Shown here piece after piece: positions 41,639 to 51,045 of a stretch of DNA of 58,441 bases (position 1 is the stretch's first letter; each line of letters begins with the position of its first letter). Below the pieces are notes generated by a model. The model worked only from the letters and a program-made list of their open reading frames with translations. It had not been told where the DNA came from and ran no database searches. The stretch is from an uncultured Treponemataceae bacterium (GTDB lineage: Bacteria > Spirochaetota > Spirochaetia > Treponematales > UBA12059): positions 1-58,441 of the forward strand of contig CAZNXK010000005.1 of the NCBI GenBank assembly GCA_964576835.1. The letters are read 5' to 3'. A program made the translations under genes and the position numbers.

Positions 41639-42529
41639 TTGGCTGTAGTCACCATGAAGAGCCTGTTGGAGTCCGGAGTGCATTTCGGCCACCAGGTCAA
41701 GCGCTGGGACCCGCGAATGAAGAAATTCATCTTCGCCGAGCGCAACGGCATCCACATCATCGACCTGCAGAAGACTATCCAGGCCATCAAGGAAGCGTAC
41801 GACGTCGTGCGCAAGACGGTCGCGTCCGGCAAACCGGTGCTTTTCGTAGGCACCAAGAAGCAGGCACAGCAGGCCATCCAGAAGGAAGCGGAGCGCTGCG
41901 AGCAGTACTTCGTCAACAACCGCTGGCTCGGTGGCATGCTTACCAATTTCTCGACGGTGCGCAAATCGATCGAACGATTGATCAAACTCGAGAAGGAAGA
42001 CTTCTCCAGCTTTACCAAGAAGGAACAGGCCCAGCTCCAGAAGGAAAAGGCCAAGCTCGACAAGAACCTCTGCGGCATCAAGGGCATGACCAAGCTACCA
42101 GGCATCCTCTTCGTCATCGATACCCGCAAGGAAGCCATAGCCGTCGCCGAAGCCCAGCGCCTCGGCATCCCGATAGTCGCGGTCGTCGATACGAACTGCA
42201 ATCCCGAGGGAATCGACTATCCGATACCCGGCAACGACGATGCTATCCGCTCGATATCGCTGTTCACCCAGATAATCGCCAATGCCGTGGTCGAGGCCGA
42301 AAGCGAGACCGGACTCAAGATCATCGAAACCCTACAGGACGAGGAAATCGCCGGGGTCCCCGAAGAAGCGAAGGCAGCCGAAGACGAGGAAGAGGTCGAA
42401 GTCGATCCCGCCACCTACGTAGCCGTAGCCGAGATCGCCGCGACGGAAGTCGCCGCCGCAGCTCCCGTCGCCGGAGATGGCGCGGTCGAAGAGCCCATCG
42501 TCGAGGAAGACAAGTACTACGCCAAGTAA
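41639..42529 (+). CDS. rpsB: 30S ribosomal protein S2 with acidic C-terminal extension
   Basis: (L)[29 protein letters not shown] 41639 lies 5 nt after GGAGG (41629-41633); ATG 41654 is an alternative. Confidence 0.93.
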   Translation: MAVVTMKSLLESGVHFGHQVKRWDPRMKKFIFAERNGIHIIDLQKTIQAIKEAYDVVRKTVASGKPVLFVGTKKQAQQAIQKEAERCEQYFVNNRWLGGMLTNFSTVRKSIERLIKLEKEDFSSFTKKEQAQLQKEKAKLDKNLCGIKGMTKLPGILFVIDTRKEAIAVAEAQRLGIPIVAVVDTNCNPEGIDYPIPGNDDAIRSISLFTQIIANAVVEAESETGLKIIETLQDEEIAGVPEEAKAAEDEEEVEVDPATYVAVAEIAATEVAAAAPVAGDGAVEEPIVEEDKYYAK

Positions 42530-42539
42530 GGAGCCTACC

Positions 42540-43391
42540 GTGGAAATCAAGGCGAGCGATATAAAGACCCTGCGCGAGAAGACCGGCGCGGGAATGATGG
42601 ACTGCAAGAAGGCGTTGCTCGAGGCCGAAGGCGATTTTGCCTCTGCCGAGCGCAAGCTCAAGGAATGGGGCCTCGCCGGCGTCGCAAAGCGTTCCGGCCG
42701 CGCCACCAATGAAGGCCGCGTGTTCCTGGCTGAAGTCCCGGGCGCCATCGCCATCGTCGAGATAGCATGCGAAACCGACTTCGTGTGCCGGAACGACGAC
42801 TTCATCAAGACCGGCCAGAAGATGGCGAAGGTAGCCCTTGAAAAGGGCTACTCGGCTCCAGCAGCCGAACTTGAGGATACGGTAAAGGACCTGGCGAGCG
42901 TCATCAAGGAAAACATCACGCTTAAAAGCGTGTCCCTGATCAAGGCAGCCGCCGGCCAGTACCTCCATGCCTATGTGCACGGCGAAGGCAAGCTCGGAGT
43001 TGTCGTCAAGGTTTCTTCCGACAAGCCGGAAGCGTTCGAGAATGCAGACGTCGCTGGCTTCGTCCACGAACTTGCGCTGCACGTTGCGGCTTTCAGGCCC
43101 ATGTTCGTCGAGCAGTCGCGCATCAGCGCGGACTGGGTCAAGGAGCAGGAAGAAATTTTCAAGAAGCAGGTCGAAGGCGACGAGAAAATCGCCGGAAAGC
43201 CCGCCAAGGTCATCGAAGGTATCCTGGCTGGAAAGCTGAAGAAGCTTATGAGCGAGATTTGCCTGCTCGACCAGGGTTTCGTCAAGGACGAGAAACAGAC
43301 GGTCAAGACCGTGCTGGCCGCTGTCGGCAAGGCCGCCGGAGCGACTCTGGCAATAGTCGACTTCAACTACGTGAAGGTCGGGGACAACTGA
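42540..43391 (+). CDS. tsf: translation elongation factor Ts
   Basis: (V)EIKASDIKTLREKTGAGMMDCKKALLEA. GTG 42540 after AAGGAG (42528-42533). The track ORF start inside rpsB is rejected. Confidence 0.93.
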   Translation: MEIKASDIKTLREKTGAGMMDCKKALLEAEGDFASAERKLKEWGLAGVAKRSGRATNEGRVFLAEVPGAIAIVEIACETDFVCRNDDFIKTGQKMAKVALEKGYSAPAAELEDTVKDLASVIKENITLKSVSLIKAAAGQYLHAYVHGEGKLGVVVKVSSDKPEAFENADVAGFVHELALHVAAFRPMFVEQSRISADWVKEQEEIFKKQVEGDEKIAGKPAKVIEGILAGKLKKLMSEICLLDQGFVKDEKQTVKTVLAAVGKAAGATLAIVDFNYVKVGDN

Positions 43392-43408
43392 CAGCACGTT
43401 GGAATTCG

Positions 43409-43440
43409 CCGGTCCCGGACTTCAGGTCCGGGACCGGTTT
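43409..43440 (+). terminator. perfect 12-bp hairpin between tsf and frr (terminator/attenuator-like, weak T-tract)
   Basis: CCGGTCCCGGAC-ttcag-GTCCGGGACCGG followed by TTT. Confidence 0.45.
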
Positions 43441-43487
43441 CGTCATAGCTAACCCGGGCGAGGCTCGGATTGTCGAAGGGGAGAGCA

Positions 43488-44030
43488 ATGGACGATAGCA
43501 AGCAGGCTTGTGAAGAGCGGATGAAGAAAACGGTGGCATCGCTCAGGGACGATTTCGCGGCAATCAGGACAGGCAGGGCATCGCCGTCGATACTGGACAA
43601 GTTGCGCGTCGATTACTACGGTCAGAAATCGCCGATATCGCAGGTAGCCACGGTGTCCGTGCCAGAGGCGCGACTCATCGTCATCCAGCCATGGGACCGG
43701 GCCCTCATCGTCGAAATCGAAAAAGCGATCCAGAAGTCAGAACTCGGGCTCAACCCGTCGAACGACGGCAAGGTGATACGAATCCAGATACCTCCGCTGA
43801 CCGAGCAGAGGCGCAAGGAACTCGTCAAAGGCGCGAAGGCCAGCGCCGAGACATCGCGCGTCGGCGTCAGGAACATCCGGCGTGACGGTCTCGAGGACAT
43901 CAAGAAGTCCGCAGAGCCCGAGGACGCCGTGAAAAAAGCCGAAGAGGAGCTCCAGAAGCTGACTGATTCGTATATCCTGCAGATAAACAAGATTCTCGAA
44001 GAAAAAGAGAAGGAAATACTGGAAGTCTGA
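43488..44030 (+). CDS. frr: ribosome recycling factor
   Basis: MKKTVASLRDDFAAIRTGRASPSILD...NIRRD motifs. ATG 43488 preceded by AAGGGGAG. Confidence 0.93.
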   Translation: MDDSKQACEERMKKTVASLRDDFAAIRTGRASPSILDKLRVDYYGQKSPISQVATVSVPEARLIVIQPWDRALIVEIEKAIQKSELGLNPSNDGKVIRIQIPPLTEQRRKELVKGAKASAETSRVGVRNIRRDGLEDIKKSAEPEDAVKKAEEELQKLTDSYILQINKILEEKEKEILEV

Positions 44031-44032
44031 AA

Positions 44033-44731
44033 ATGTGCGCAATACCCCTTCGAGATCCGCCGTCTCATATAGCAATCTTCATGGACGGTAACGGGCGCTG
44101 GGCCAAAGCACGCGGCTTGCCGCGAACCGAAGGTCACCGCGAGGGGCTCAAGGTCGCGAAGAGCATCGTCAGGGCTGCGAAGTCCATGGGAATCCGCAAC
44201 CTGACTCTGTACACGTTCAGCACCGAGAACTGGAAACGGGCACAGGAAGAGGTCAAATTCCTCATGGGGCTCGTCAGCACCTACCTCTGCGCCGAATTCG
44301 AGTTCTACAAGGAAAACGGCGTCAGGGTGGTGCATTCGGGCGACATCGCTGGCCTGCCCCGCGATGTGCAGGATGCCATAGCGCGCGTATGCGCTGACAC
44401 CGCGGGCTTTGACGGAATCCGCGTCAACCTTGCCATCAACTACGGAGGCCGCGACGAGATACTGCGCGCTGTCTCCAGGATGCCGTCCGGCCCCGCACGT
44501 TGTTCAGAGCAGGATTTCAGGGCATATCTTGATGTACCCGACATGCCCGATCCGGACCTTATAATCCGAGCGGGCGGGGAACTGCGCCTCTCGAATTTCC
44601 TCACCTGGCAATCGGCTTATTCGGAGCTCTATTTTTCCGATGTGCTTTGGCCGGACTGGAACGAGTCACGGCTCCAGGAGGCACTGGACGAGTACGCTCG
44701 CCGCGACCGACGATTCGGCGATGCTCGATGA
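44033..44731 (+). CDS. uppS: undecaprenyl diphosphate synthase
   Basis: HIAIFMDGNGRWA, TLYTFSTENWKR, RLSNFLTWQSAYSELYF. Confidence 0.93.
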   Translation: MCAIPLRDPPSHIAIFMDGNGRWAKARGLPRTEGHREGLKVAKSIVRAAKSMGIRNLTLYTFSTENWKRAQEEVKFLMGLVSTYLCAEFEFYKENGVRVVHSGDIAGLPRDVQDAIARVCADTAGFDGIRVNLAINYGGRDEILRAVSRMPSGPARCSEQDFRAYLDVPDMPDPDLIIRAGGELRLSNFLTWQSAYSELYFSDVLWPDWNESRLQEALDEYARRDRRFGDAR

Positions 44732-45600
44732 AAAACTTCGTCACCAGGGTGGTTTTCGTCGGAATAACCATGCCCATCATCTTCGCGATAGCGCTGTTCG
44801 TCCCGCATCTCAACCACGCGGCCATCGCTCTGCTGGCGATGGTCTTTTCGGTCGGTTCGGTGCTGGAACTTCGCAGGATCATCGAGCCTGCCGGCGGAAC
44901 GTACAGGGATGCCGCCGCCGTTTCATTCGCGGCGCTGCCGTCGATTGTGGTATACTTTTCGAGGCTTTCGATGCGCGGAGCCGGCCTCGCAACTTCCTGG
45001 CTGTCGCCTCTGGCCATTGCGTGCATACTCCTGTTTATTTTCTCCGCTTTCCCGGTAGCCTTTCCCAGGCGCCTGGAATCCGTCAAGTCGTCGATCGCCG
45101 TCATCGGAGCCAACGCATTGTACCTGTTTTACCCTGGAGCCTTGAGCACGGCGATCATCGTCATACTCGGTGCCCAGAACGGCCCGGGACTGATGCTCAT
45201 ATGGTTCGCGCTCATCGTGTTCGGGAACGACAGTCTGGCCTGGCTAGCCGGAGTTACACTGGGGAAGCACCGCGGCATTTTCGGCGTGTCTCCGAACAAG
45301 AGCCTGGAGGGGCTCGTTGCCGGCATGTCTGGCAGCATCGGCTTCTCGTACGCCGGAGCCTTTCTCTTCCCGTCGGTAGTCCCGCGCAATTGGCTTGCGC
45401 TTGGAATCATCGGACTTGCTTGCGGGATCGCGGTTGTCACGGGAGACCTGTTCGAATCTGCCATCAAGCGCGCGGGTTGCGTCAAGGACTCCGGGACCAT
45501 AGTCCCCGGGCGGGGCGGGATGCTTGATTCGTACGACAGCCTGCTCTTTGCCGCTCCTGTCTTCGCCGGCATCCTCGGCCTGATGGGCATGCTTGTCTGA
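44728..45600 (+). CDS. cdsA: phosphatidate cytidylyltransferase
   Basis: Polytopic. GDLFESAIKRAGCVKDSGTIVPGRGGMLDSYDS signature. ATGA overlap with uppS. Confidence 0.9.
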   Translation: MKNFVTRVVFVGITMPIIFAIALFVPHLNHAAIALLAMVFSVGSVLELRRIIEPAGGTYRDAAAVSFAALPSIVVYFSRLSMRGAGLATSWLSPLAIACILLFIFSAFPVAFPRRLESVKSSIAVIGANALYLFYPGALSTAIIVILGAQNGPGLMLIWFALIVFGNDSLAWLAGVTLGKHRGIFGVSPNKSLEGLVAGMSGSIGFSYAGAFLFPSVVPRNWLALGIIGLACGIAVVTGDLFESAIKRAGCVKDSGTIVPGRGGMLDSYDSLLFAAPVFAGILGLMGMLV

Positions 45601-45640
45601 TGGCTGGGTATCTTCCACCTTCCGGCACTCTATAAGCGCC

Positions 45641-46762
45641 ATGAAAAGAATAATCGTCATAGGCGCCACAGGGTCGATAGGGCGTCAGACACTCGACGTC
45701 GTCGACAGGCATCCGGATGAGTTCCGCATAGTCGGCATGTCGGCCCACAGGGACGCGGCCGGACTGCTGGCCGCCGCCGCAAGGCACCCAGGGGCCACCC
45801 TCTGCCTGAGCGGGGCCGCCGCCTCCGGGGGGATACGCCGTGCCGGTGCTTCTGGCCTGGCGAGCATGATCGAAGAGACCGACGCGGATATCGTGCTCAA
45901 CGCCGCCGCCGGCTCGGACGGGCTGAAACCATCGTTCGCCGCCATGGCGTCGGGCAAGGACCTGGCTCTCGCCAACAAGGAAACGATAGTCATGGCGGGA
46001 AGGCTCGCCCTCGAGGCCGCCGCCCGGCTCGGCAGGAAGATACTCCCTGTAGACTCGGAACATTCGGCCCTCTTCAACATGATAGAACGTTTCGGCCGCG
46101 ACTCGGTACGAGGCGCCATCATCACGGCATCCGGAGGCGCTTTCCGCGACCTTCCTGTGGAACGGCTTTCTTCAGTGCGCCCTGCAGACGCGTTGGCCCA
46201 CCCCACCTGGAACATGGGCGCCAAGATAACGGTCGATTCGGCATCGATGGCCAACAAAGGGCTCGAGGTGATAGAGGCAGCCAGACTCTTCTCGCTGAAG
46301 CCTGAAGAAATCGAGGTTGTCGTCCATCCTGAAAGCAGAGTACATTCATTCATACGGACGAGGGATGGTTCCCTGTACGCTCAGATGTCGCGGCCTGATA
46401 TGCGCCTGCCGATCATGAACGCGCTTTCGTGGCCTCATGTACTCGAAGAGAGAGTGGCGGATATGCATCCGGAGGATATCGCAATGCATTTCCTGCGACC
46501 CGATCCCGAACGCTACCCGTTGCTTGGACTAGCCTACGATGCGCTGCGCGATGGCGAGGGTGCCACCGATGCGTACAACGCTGCCAACGAGATCGCGGTG
46601 GCGGCCTTCATGGACGGGCTGATCGCCTTTACCGATATCTACCGCGTCGTTGCCGGTGTTCTCGAGAAAGGCTATCCAGTGCGCCTCGAGGACCTCGAAG
46701 CGGTAAGCGGAACTGACTCGATGGCGCGATCCGAAGCAGCGCGGATTCTCAAGGAGATTTGA
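45641..46762 (+). CDS. dxr: 1-deoxy-D-xylulose 5-phosphate reductoisomerase
   Basis: MKRIIVIGATGSIGRQTLDV, LANKETIV, DSEHSALF, HPTWNMGAKITVDSA. Confidence 0.93.
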   Translation: MKRIIVIGATGSIGRQTLDVVDRHPDEFRIVGMSAHRDAAGLLAAAARHPGATLCLSGAAASGGIRRAGASGLASMIEETDADIVLNAAAGSDGLKPSFAAMASGKDLALANKETIVMAGRLALEAAARLGRKILPVDSEHSALFNMIERFGRDSVRGAIITASGGAFRDLPVERLSSVRPADALAHPTWNMGAKITVDSASMANKGLEVIEAARLFSLKPEEIEVVVHPESRVHSFIRTRDGSLYAQMSRPDMRLPIMNALSWPHVLEERVADMHPEDIAMHFLRPDPERYPLLGLAYDALRDGEGATDAYNAANEIAVAAFMDGLIAFTDIYRVVAGVLEKGYPVRLEDLEAVSGTDSMARSEAARILKEI

Positions 46763-48120
46763 TGACCTTGCTCACCATAGCACTCGGACTCGTAGGCCTC
46801 GGCATAGTGGTCCTGTTCCACGAACTGGGCCATTTCATGATGGCACGCCTGGTGGGCGTCCAGGTCGAGGAATTCTCGCTCGGCTGGGGGCCGCGGCTAT
46901 ACTCAAGAAAATTCGGGGGCACGGCGTTTACTCTCTCGGCCTTCCCTATCGGCGGGTACTGCCGCATGAAAGGAGAAGACTCGTACCGGAAAGCCATAGA
47001 GAATGGCCTTGACGAGTTTCCGCGCGATCCGGGAAGTTTTTTCGGCGCAACGCCCGCAAGGCGGATACTGATTTCCGCCGGCGGTCCCCTCATGAACGTG
47101 GTTTTCGCCTTTTTCGTCTATTGCGCCGTCATGGCCGTCGGCTACGAGGTAAAGAGCTACGAGAACAGGGTGATACTCGCCAGCCAGTACGACGGCGGCT
47201 CGTACCCGGCTGACCTCGCCGGGCTGCAGAGCGGGGACAGGATCGCTGCGATAAACGGCAAGGAGATTTCCACATTTTCGGAGATACAGGAAGCCGTTTC
47301 ATTGTCGGCGAAGAGATTGACGACTCTCATCATCGATCGTTCCGGAAGCCGCCTCGAAGTGATCCTCCGTCCCGACCTTGACACTGATACGGGAGCCGGA
47401 CGCGTCGGTGTCTACCCTTGGGTCGAGCCCTCAGTCGGCACTGTCGATCCGTCCGGTCCGGCGGCGCTCGCGGGCTTGCGCCCTGGCGACAGGATTCTAT
47501 CGCTGGCGGGGCAAGAGGTGTTGCACACAATCGCGTTGTCGGCGATCCTCGAAGCCGGCCGCCCCGAGCGGGTCCAAGTCGGCTACCTCCGTGACGGACA
47601 TGAGGAATCTGCCACGCTGGTGATACCATACCGCGACGGAACCCCAGCTGATTTGGGAATCGGCTGGAAAACGGTCAACCATACCGTGCGTGCCTCGGGC
47701 ATCGCCGATACCATCTCGATGGGCCTTGCTGAAACCGGGAAAACCATATCAGGAACGTATCGTGGAATCGCCTCGCTTTTCATGGGCGTCAATCTGCTCA
47801 AGGCGGTTTCCGGTCCGGCGCGTATCACCTGGATGGTCGGGACAGTCGCCAAAAGCGGGCTTTCAGGCGAGACGGCAGGAGGCCTGTCCACGGCTCTCGG
47901 TTTCCTGGCCATCCTCTCCATAGGCCTGTTCGCGATGAACCTTTTGCCGATACCGCTCCTCGACGGCGGCTCTATTCTGCTCTTCATCATCGAACTGGTC
48001 AGGCGGAAAGCCGCAAAGGTCAAGACTGTACTCAGGTACCAGACGGTCGGCATAGTCACGGTGGCCGCGATTTTCATACTTTCGACGGTTGGCGACTTTA
48101 TCTTTTTTTCCAGGAAATGA
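46762..48120 (+). CDS. rseP: RIP zinc metalloprotease RseP (site-2 protease)
   Basis: HELGHF motif, PDZ region, C-terminal NLLPIPLLDGG. ATG 46762 overlaps the dxr TGA; AAGGAG upstream. Confidence 0.92.
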   Translation: MTLLTIALGLVGLGIVVLFHELGHFMMARLVGVQVEEFSLGWGPRLYSRKFGGTAFTLSAFPIGGYCRMKGEDSYRKAIENGLDEFPRDPGSFFGATPARRILISAGGPLMNVVFAFFVYCAVMAVGYEVKSYENRVILASQYDGGSYPADLAGLQSGDRIAAINGKEISTFSEIQEAVSLSAKRLTTLIIDRSGSRLEVILRPDLDTDTGAGRVGVYPWVEPSVGTVDPSGPAALAGLRPGDRILSLAGQEVLHTIALSAILEAGRPERVQVGYLRDGHEESATLVIPYRDGTPADLGIGWKTVNHTVRASGIADTISMGLAETGKTISGTYRGIASLFMGVNLLKAVSGPARITWMVGTVAKSGLSGETAGGLSTALGFLAILSIGLFAMNLLPIPLLDGGSILLFIIELVRRKAAKVKTVLRYQTVGIVTVAAIFILSTVGDFIFFSRK

Positions 48121-48162
48121 CGAGCTAGGTCGGATTATCTTCTCGATTCGGTGGAGGTGAAC

Positions 48163-48786
48163 ATGAAGCAGGTTCGTTGCCGTTGCGACGCCATGGTCGA
48201 TATCGACGTGCCGGAGGTCATCGACCTCGACGCCGATCCTTCGTCGCTGTCCCGCCTTGCCGACGGAGACTCCCTGTCGGCTGTTTGTCCGCGGTGTGGA
48301 GCCCTTGTCAGGGCAGAGCTGCCGTTGCATCTGTCATCGGCTTCGCGCGGACTCGATGCGACCGTTTTGCCGGAGCTGGACCGCTTGTCGGTATATCGCG
48401 GCAAGGTCGATGCGCCAGGATCGACCGAGATACTGCTTGGCTACCAGGAGCTGTTCGAGCGGGCACGGGCGCTGCGCGACGGTCTCGACGCAAAAGTCGT
48501 CGAAGCCCTCAAATACATCCTGCAGGGCAAGGCAGACGAAGCCGAACCCGAGGCCGACACCAGCGTCCTGTACAATGGCACACGCAGCGGCTTCCTCGAG
48601 TTCCATGTACTCGGGCTCAAGTCGGGCCAGACCGGTGTCGTGAAGCTGCCTCGATCTTCGTACGACAAGATGGAAGCTGACCTGAAGACCGGCGCCCGTA
48701 AGGAACCGTTCAAGACCGTCTTTTCTGGCCGCTACCGCTCCATCAAGAAGCTTGGCTTCATGGACTCGACTGCGGACCAGGATTGA
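48163..48786 (+). CDS. zinc-ribbon protein of unknown function (CxC...CPxC, CpXC-like)
   Basis: VRCRCDAMVD ... VCPRCGALV, four Cys near the N-terminus. GGAGG 5 nt before ATG 48163. Confidence 0.65.
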   Translation: MKQVRCRCDAMVDIDVPEVIDLDADPSSLSRLADGDSLSAVCPRCGALVRAELPLHLSSASRGLDATVLPELDRLSVYRGKVDAPGSTEILLGYQELFERARALRDGLDAKVVEALKYILQGKADEAEPEADTSVLYNGTRSGFLEFHVLGLKSGQTGVVKLPRSSYDKMEADLKTGARKEPFKTVFSGRYRSIKKLGFMDSTADQD

Positions 48787-48789
48787 CGC

Positions 48790-49086
48790 TTATTGGTGAG
48801 AAGGATTTTCCTTGACCTTGCGCATTGCCGTTGCCACCGCCTCACGTACCCGTTCGGCATAGGCGCCGGCCTCCGCGGCGTGCGCGTACATCGTGCCCAG
48901 GAGCGAGGCGTGGTAACGGGGTTCCAGCGAATTGAGGGCGAGCGTCGCCATGTCGACGACGCAGTCCTGGCAAACGCATACGCCTTCCGCCTCGGCATCG
49001 TCCAGACGGTGGCCCAGCTCTTCGAGCACCATGCGCTCGCTGTCGTTTACGAGGAAGCTCAGGTCGTAATTCTTTTCAAGATCCAT
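48790..49086 (-). CDS. comFB: ComFB-family protein
   Basis: VCVCQDCVVDMATLALNSLEPRYH matches the ComFB CxCxxCxxDxxxxALNxLxPxY signature. AAGGAGG 9 nt before ATG 49086. Confidence 0.8.
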   Translation of the reverse strand: MDLEKNYDLSFLVNDSERMVLEELGHRLDDAEAEGVCVCQDCVVDMATLALNSLEPRYHASLLGTMYAHAAEAGAYAERVREAVATAMRKVKENPSHQ

Positions 49087-49116
49087 CGATCGCGCCTCCT
49101 TGAGCACGCTGCCAGT

Positions 49117-50463
49117 TTAATGCTCGGCGTGTTCCTTTTCAAGCGACTCGAAGCGGGTGATTTTCTGGAAGAACAGCAGCCCGACTTTGCCGACCGGGCC
49201 GTTGCGGTGCTTCGCGACGAAAAGGTCGGTCGGCGTGTAGGGCGACCGTTCGTCACGGCGTTTGTCGATTTCACGTTCACGGTGCAGGAACATGATGAGG
49301 TCGGCGTCCTGCTCGATGGAACCTGATTCACGGAGATCGGCAAGAGACGGTTGCTTGCCTTCTGCCTCGCGCTTCAGCTGGGACAGCGCGATGACAGGTA
49401 TCCGAAGTTCACGCGCAAGCGCCTTGAGCGACCGGGAAATGCTCGATATCTGTTCCCAGCGCGGCAAGTCCTGGTTTTCATGCGTTATAAGCGTGATGTA
49501 GTCGACGAAAATTATCTTGACGTCTTTCTCGCTCTTCATGCGCCTGGCGAGTGAACGAAGGTCCAGAAGCTTGATGTTCGGGATGTCGACGATGTACATG
49601 GGTGCGTCGTATATCCTGCTCGCCGCGTCCATAAGGCTCTGGATGTCGCTCGGCTTTATGAGCCCGCTCTTGACCTTTTCGGAATCTATGCGAGCCTCGC
49701 TGGAAAGGATGCGGTACGTCAGCGAAATGTCGGACATTTCGAGGGAAAAGAAGCATACCGGAACGCGTTCGCGAAGCGCCATGTGGGTCGCGATGTTGAG
49801 GGCGAACGCCGTCTTCCCGACGCTTGGTCTGGCGCCGATGATGACGAGCTCGGAATCCTGGAAGCCCGAGGTCATGCTGTCGAGTTCGGCAAACCCGCTC
49901 GGAATGCCGGTATACTGGTTCTTGTTCTTCGCCAGCTGCTCTATCATCTTCATGGCGTCGGGAACGATTTCCTTGACGCTTCGGTAGCTGGACGTCTGCC
50001 TGTCCTGGCTGACCTCGAAAATGCTCTCCTGCAGTTCGTCGAGAAGGAGGCCGGTATCGATCGATTCGTCGTGCGCCTTCTGGTTGATATCCGCCGAAAG
50101 CCTGAGGAGACGGCGGCGGATGGAGCATTCCTGCACTATCTTGGCGTAGTACTCCATGTTGGCGCTGGACGGGACTGCGTCGGTGAGCCTGGCGATGTAG
50201 GCGGGTCCGCCTGAGCGGTCGAGCGAGTCAAGCACGCGCATCTCGTCCGCAAGCGTGATGAGGTCGGCTTTCTGGCCTTTCTCGAAAAGAGAGATGATTG
50301 CGGCAAAGATGTTTTTGTTCGAGTTGACATAGAAATCATCCGGACGCAGATACCGCAGGATATGCGGTACAGCGTCCGGATCAAGAAGCAGAGCGCCCAG
50401 CGCGGCCTGTTCTGCCTCCGCGTTATGCGGCGGAACCTTGTCCTTGAGCTGGGCGGGAATCAT
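49117..50463 (-). CDS. dnaB: replicative DNA helicase
   Basis: PPHNAEAEQAALGALLLD N-terminus, Walker A GARPSVGKTAFAL, QLKREAE/SGSIEQDAD motifs. Confidence 0.95.
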   Translation of the reverse strand: MIPAQLKDKVPPHNAEAEQAALGALLLDPDAVPHILRYLRPDDFYVNSNKNIFAAIISLFEKGQKADLITLADEMRVLDSLDRSGGPAYIARLTDAVPSSANMEYYAKIVQECSIRRRLLRLSADINQKAHDESIDTGLLLDELQESIFEVSQDRQTSSYRSVKEIVPDAMKMIEQLAKNKNQYTGIPSGFAELDSMTSGFQDSELVIIGARPSVGKTAFALNIATHMALRERVPVCFFSLEMSDISLTYRILSSEARIDSEKVKSGLIKPSDIQSLMDAASRIYDAPMYIVDIPNIKLLDLRSLARRMKSEKDVKIIFVDYITLITHENQDLPRWEQISSISRSLKALARELRIPVIALSQLKREAEGKQPSLADLRESGSIEQDADLIMFLHREREIDKRRDERSPYTPTDLFVAKHRNGPVGKVGLLFFQKITRFESLEKEHAEH

Positions 50464-50472
50464 GAAGTACGC

Positions 50473-51045
50473 TTATTCCTTGGCGCCTTCGGGTGCGGGA
50501 GCGTCAGCGGGGGCTTCGGGTACGGCGACTGGAGCCTGCTCTTCGGTGTGGCGACGCTTGGCCTGCTCGGGAGCCGGGCTCGCCTGCTTTGCCTTTTCCG
50601 CATGTCCCTTGACGCTGACGCGGACGATGGCCTCGTCCTTCTCGTAGAGGCGGACGGCGATCTTGTAGTTTCCGACGCTCTTGATGACGCGGCCAGGGAC
50701 CTCGATGCGCTTGCGGTCGACGGTGATGCCGTTCTTGAGGAGTTCGTCGGCTATTGTGGCGTTGGAAACGGCACCGAAAAGCTTTCCGTTCTGTCCCGCG
50801 GGCATGTCGAGAACCAGGTCCTCTGCTTCGAGCCTGGTCTTGAGATCGGTGCTCGAGGCGCGCTTCTCGGACTTCCGGGCATCGATCTCGGCCTTCCGCT
50901 TCGCGAACAGCGCGATGGCCGCCGGGCTGTAGGGATATACGAGCCCGCGCGGCAGGAGGAAGTTGCGGGCATAACCTGCGGCGACGTCCTTCACGTCTCC
51001 GAGTTCGCCCAGGTTTGGAACGTCGTTGTTCAGGATAACCTTCAT
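50473..51045 (-). CDS. rplI: 50S ribosomal protein L9 with Ala/Pro/Glu-rich C-terminal tail
   Basis: MKVILNNDVPNLGELGDVKDVAAGYARNFLLPRGL. Confidence 0.93.
   Translation of the reverse strand: MKVILNNDVPNLGELGDVKDVAAGYARNFLLPRGLVYPYSPAAIALFAKRKAEIDARKSEKRASSTDLKTRLEAEDLVLDMPAGQNGKLFGAVSNATIADELLKNGITVDRKRIEVPGRVIKSVGNYKIAVRLYEKDEAIVRVSVKGHAEKAKQASPAPEQAKRRHTEEQAPVAVPEAPADAPAPEGAKE

Noticed and set aside
43392-43487. Apparent deletion of pyrH between tsf and frr.
   Set aside because: As far as I know, the order rpsB-tsf-frr-uppS-cdsA without pyrH is the normal arrangement in spirochaetes. The 96-nt spacer shows no remnant of a kinase ORF.
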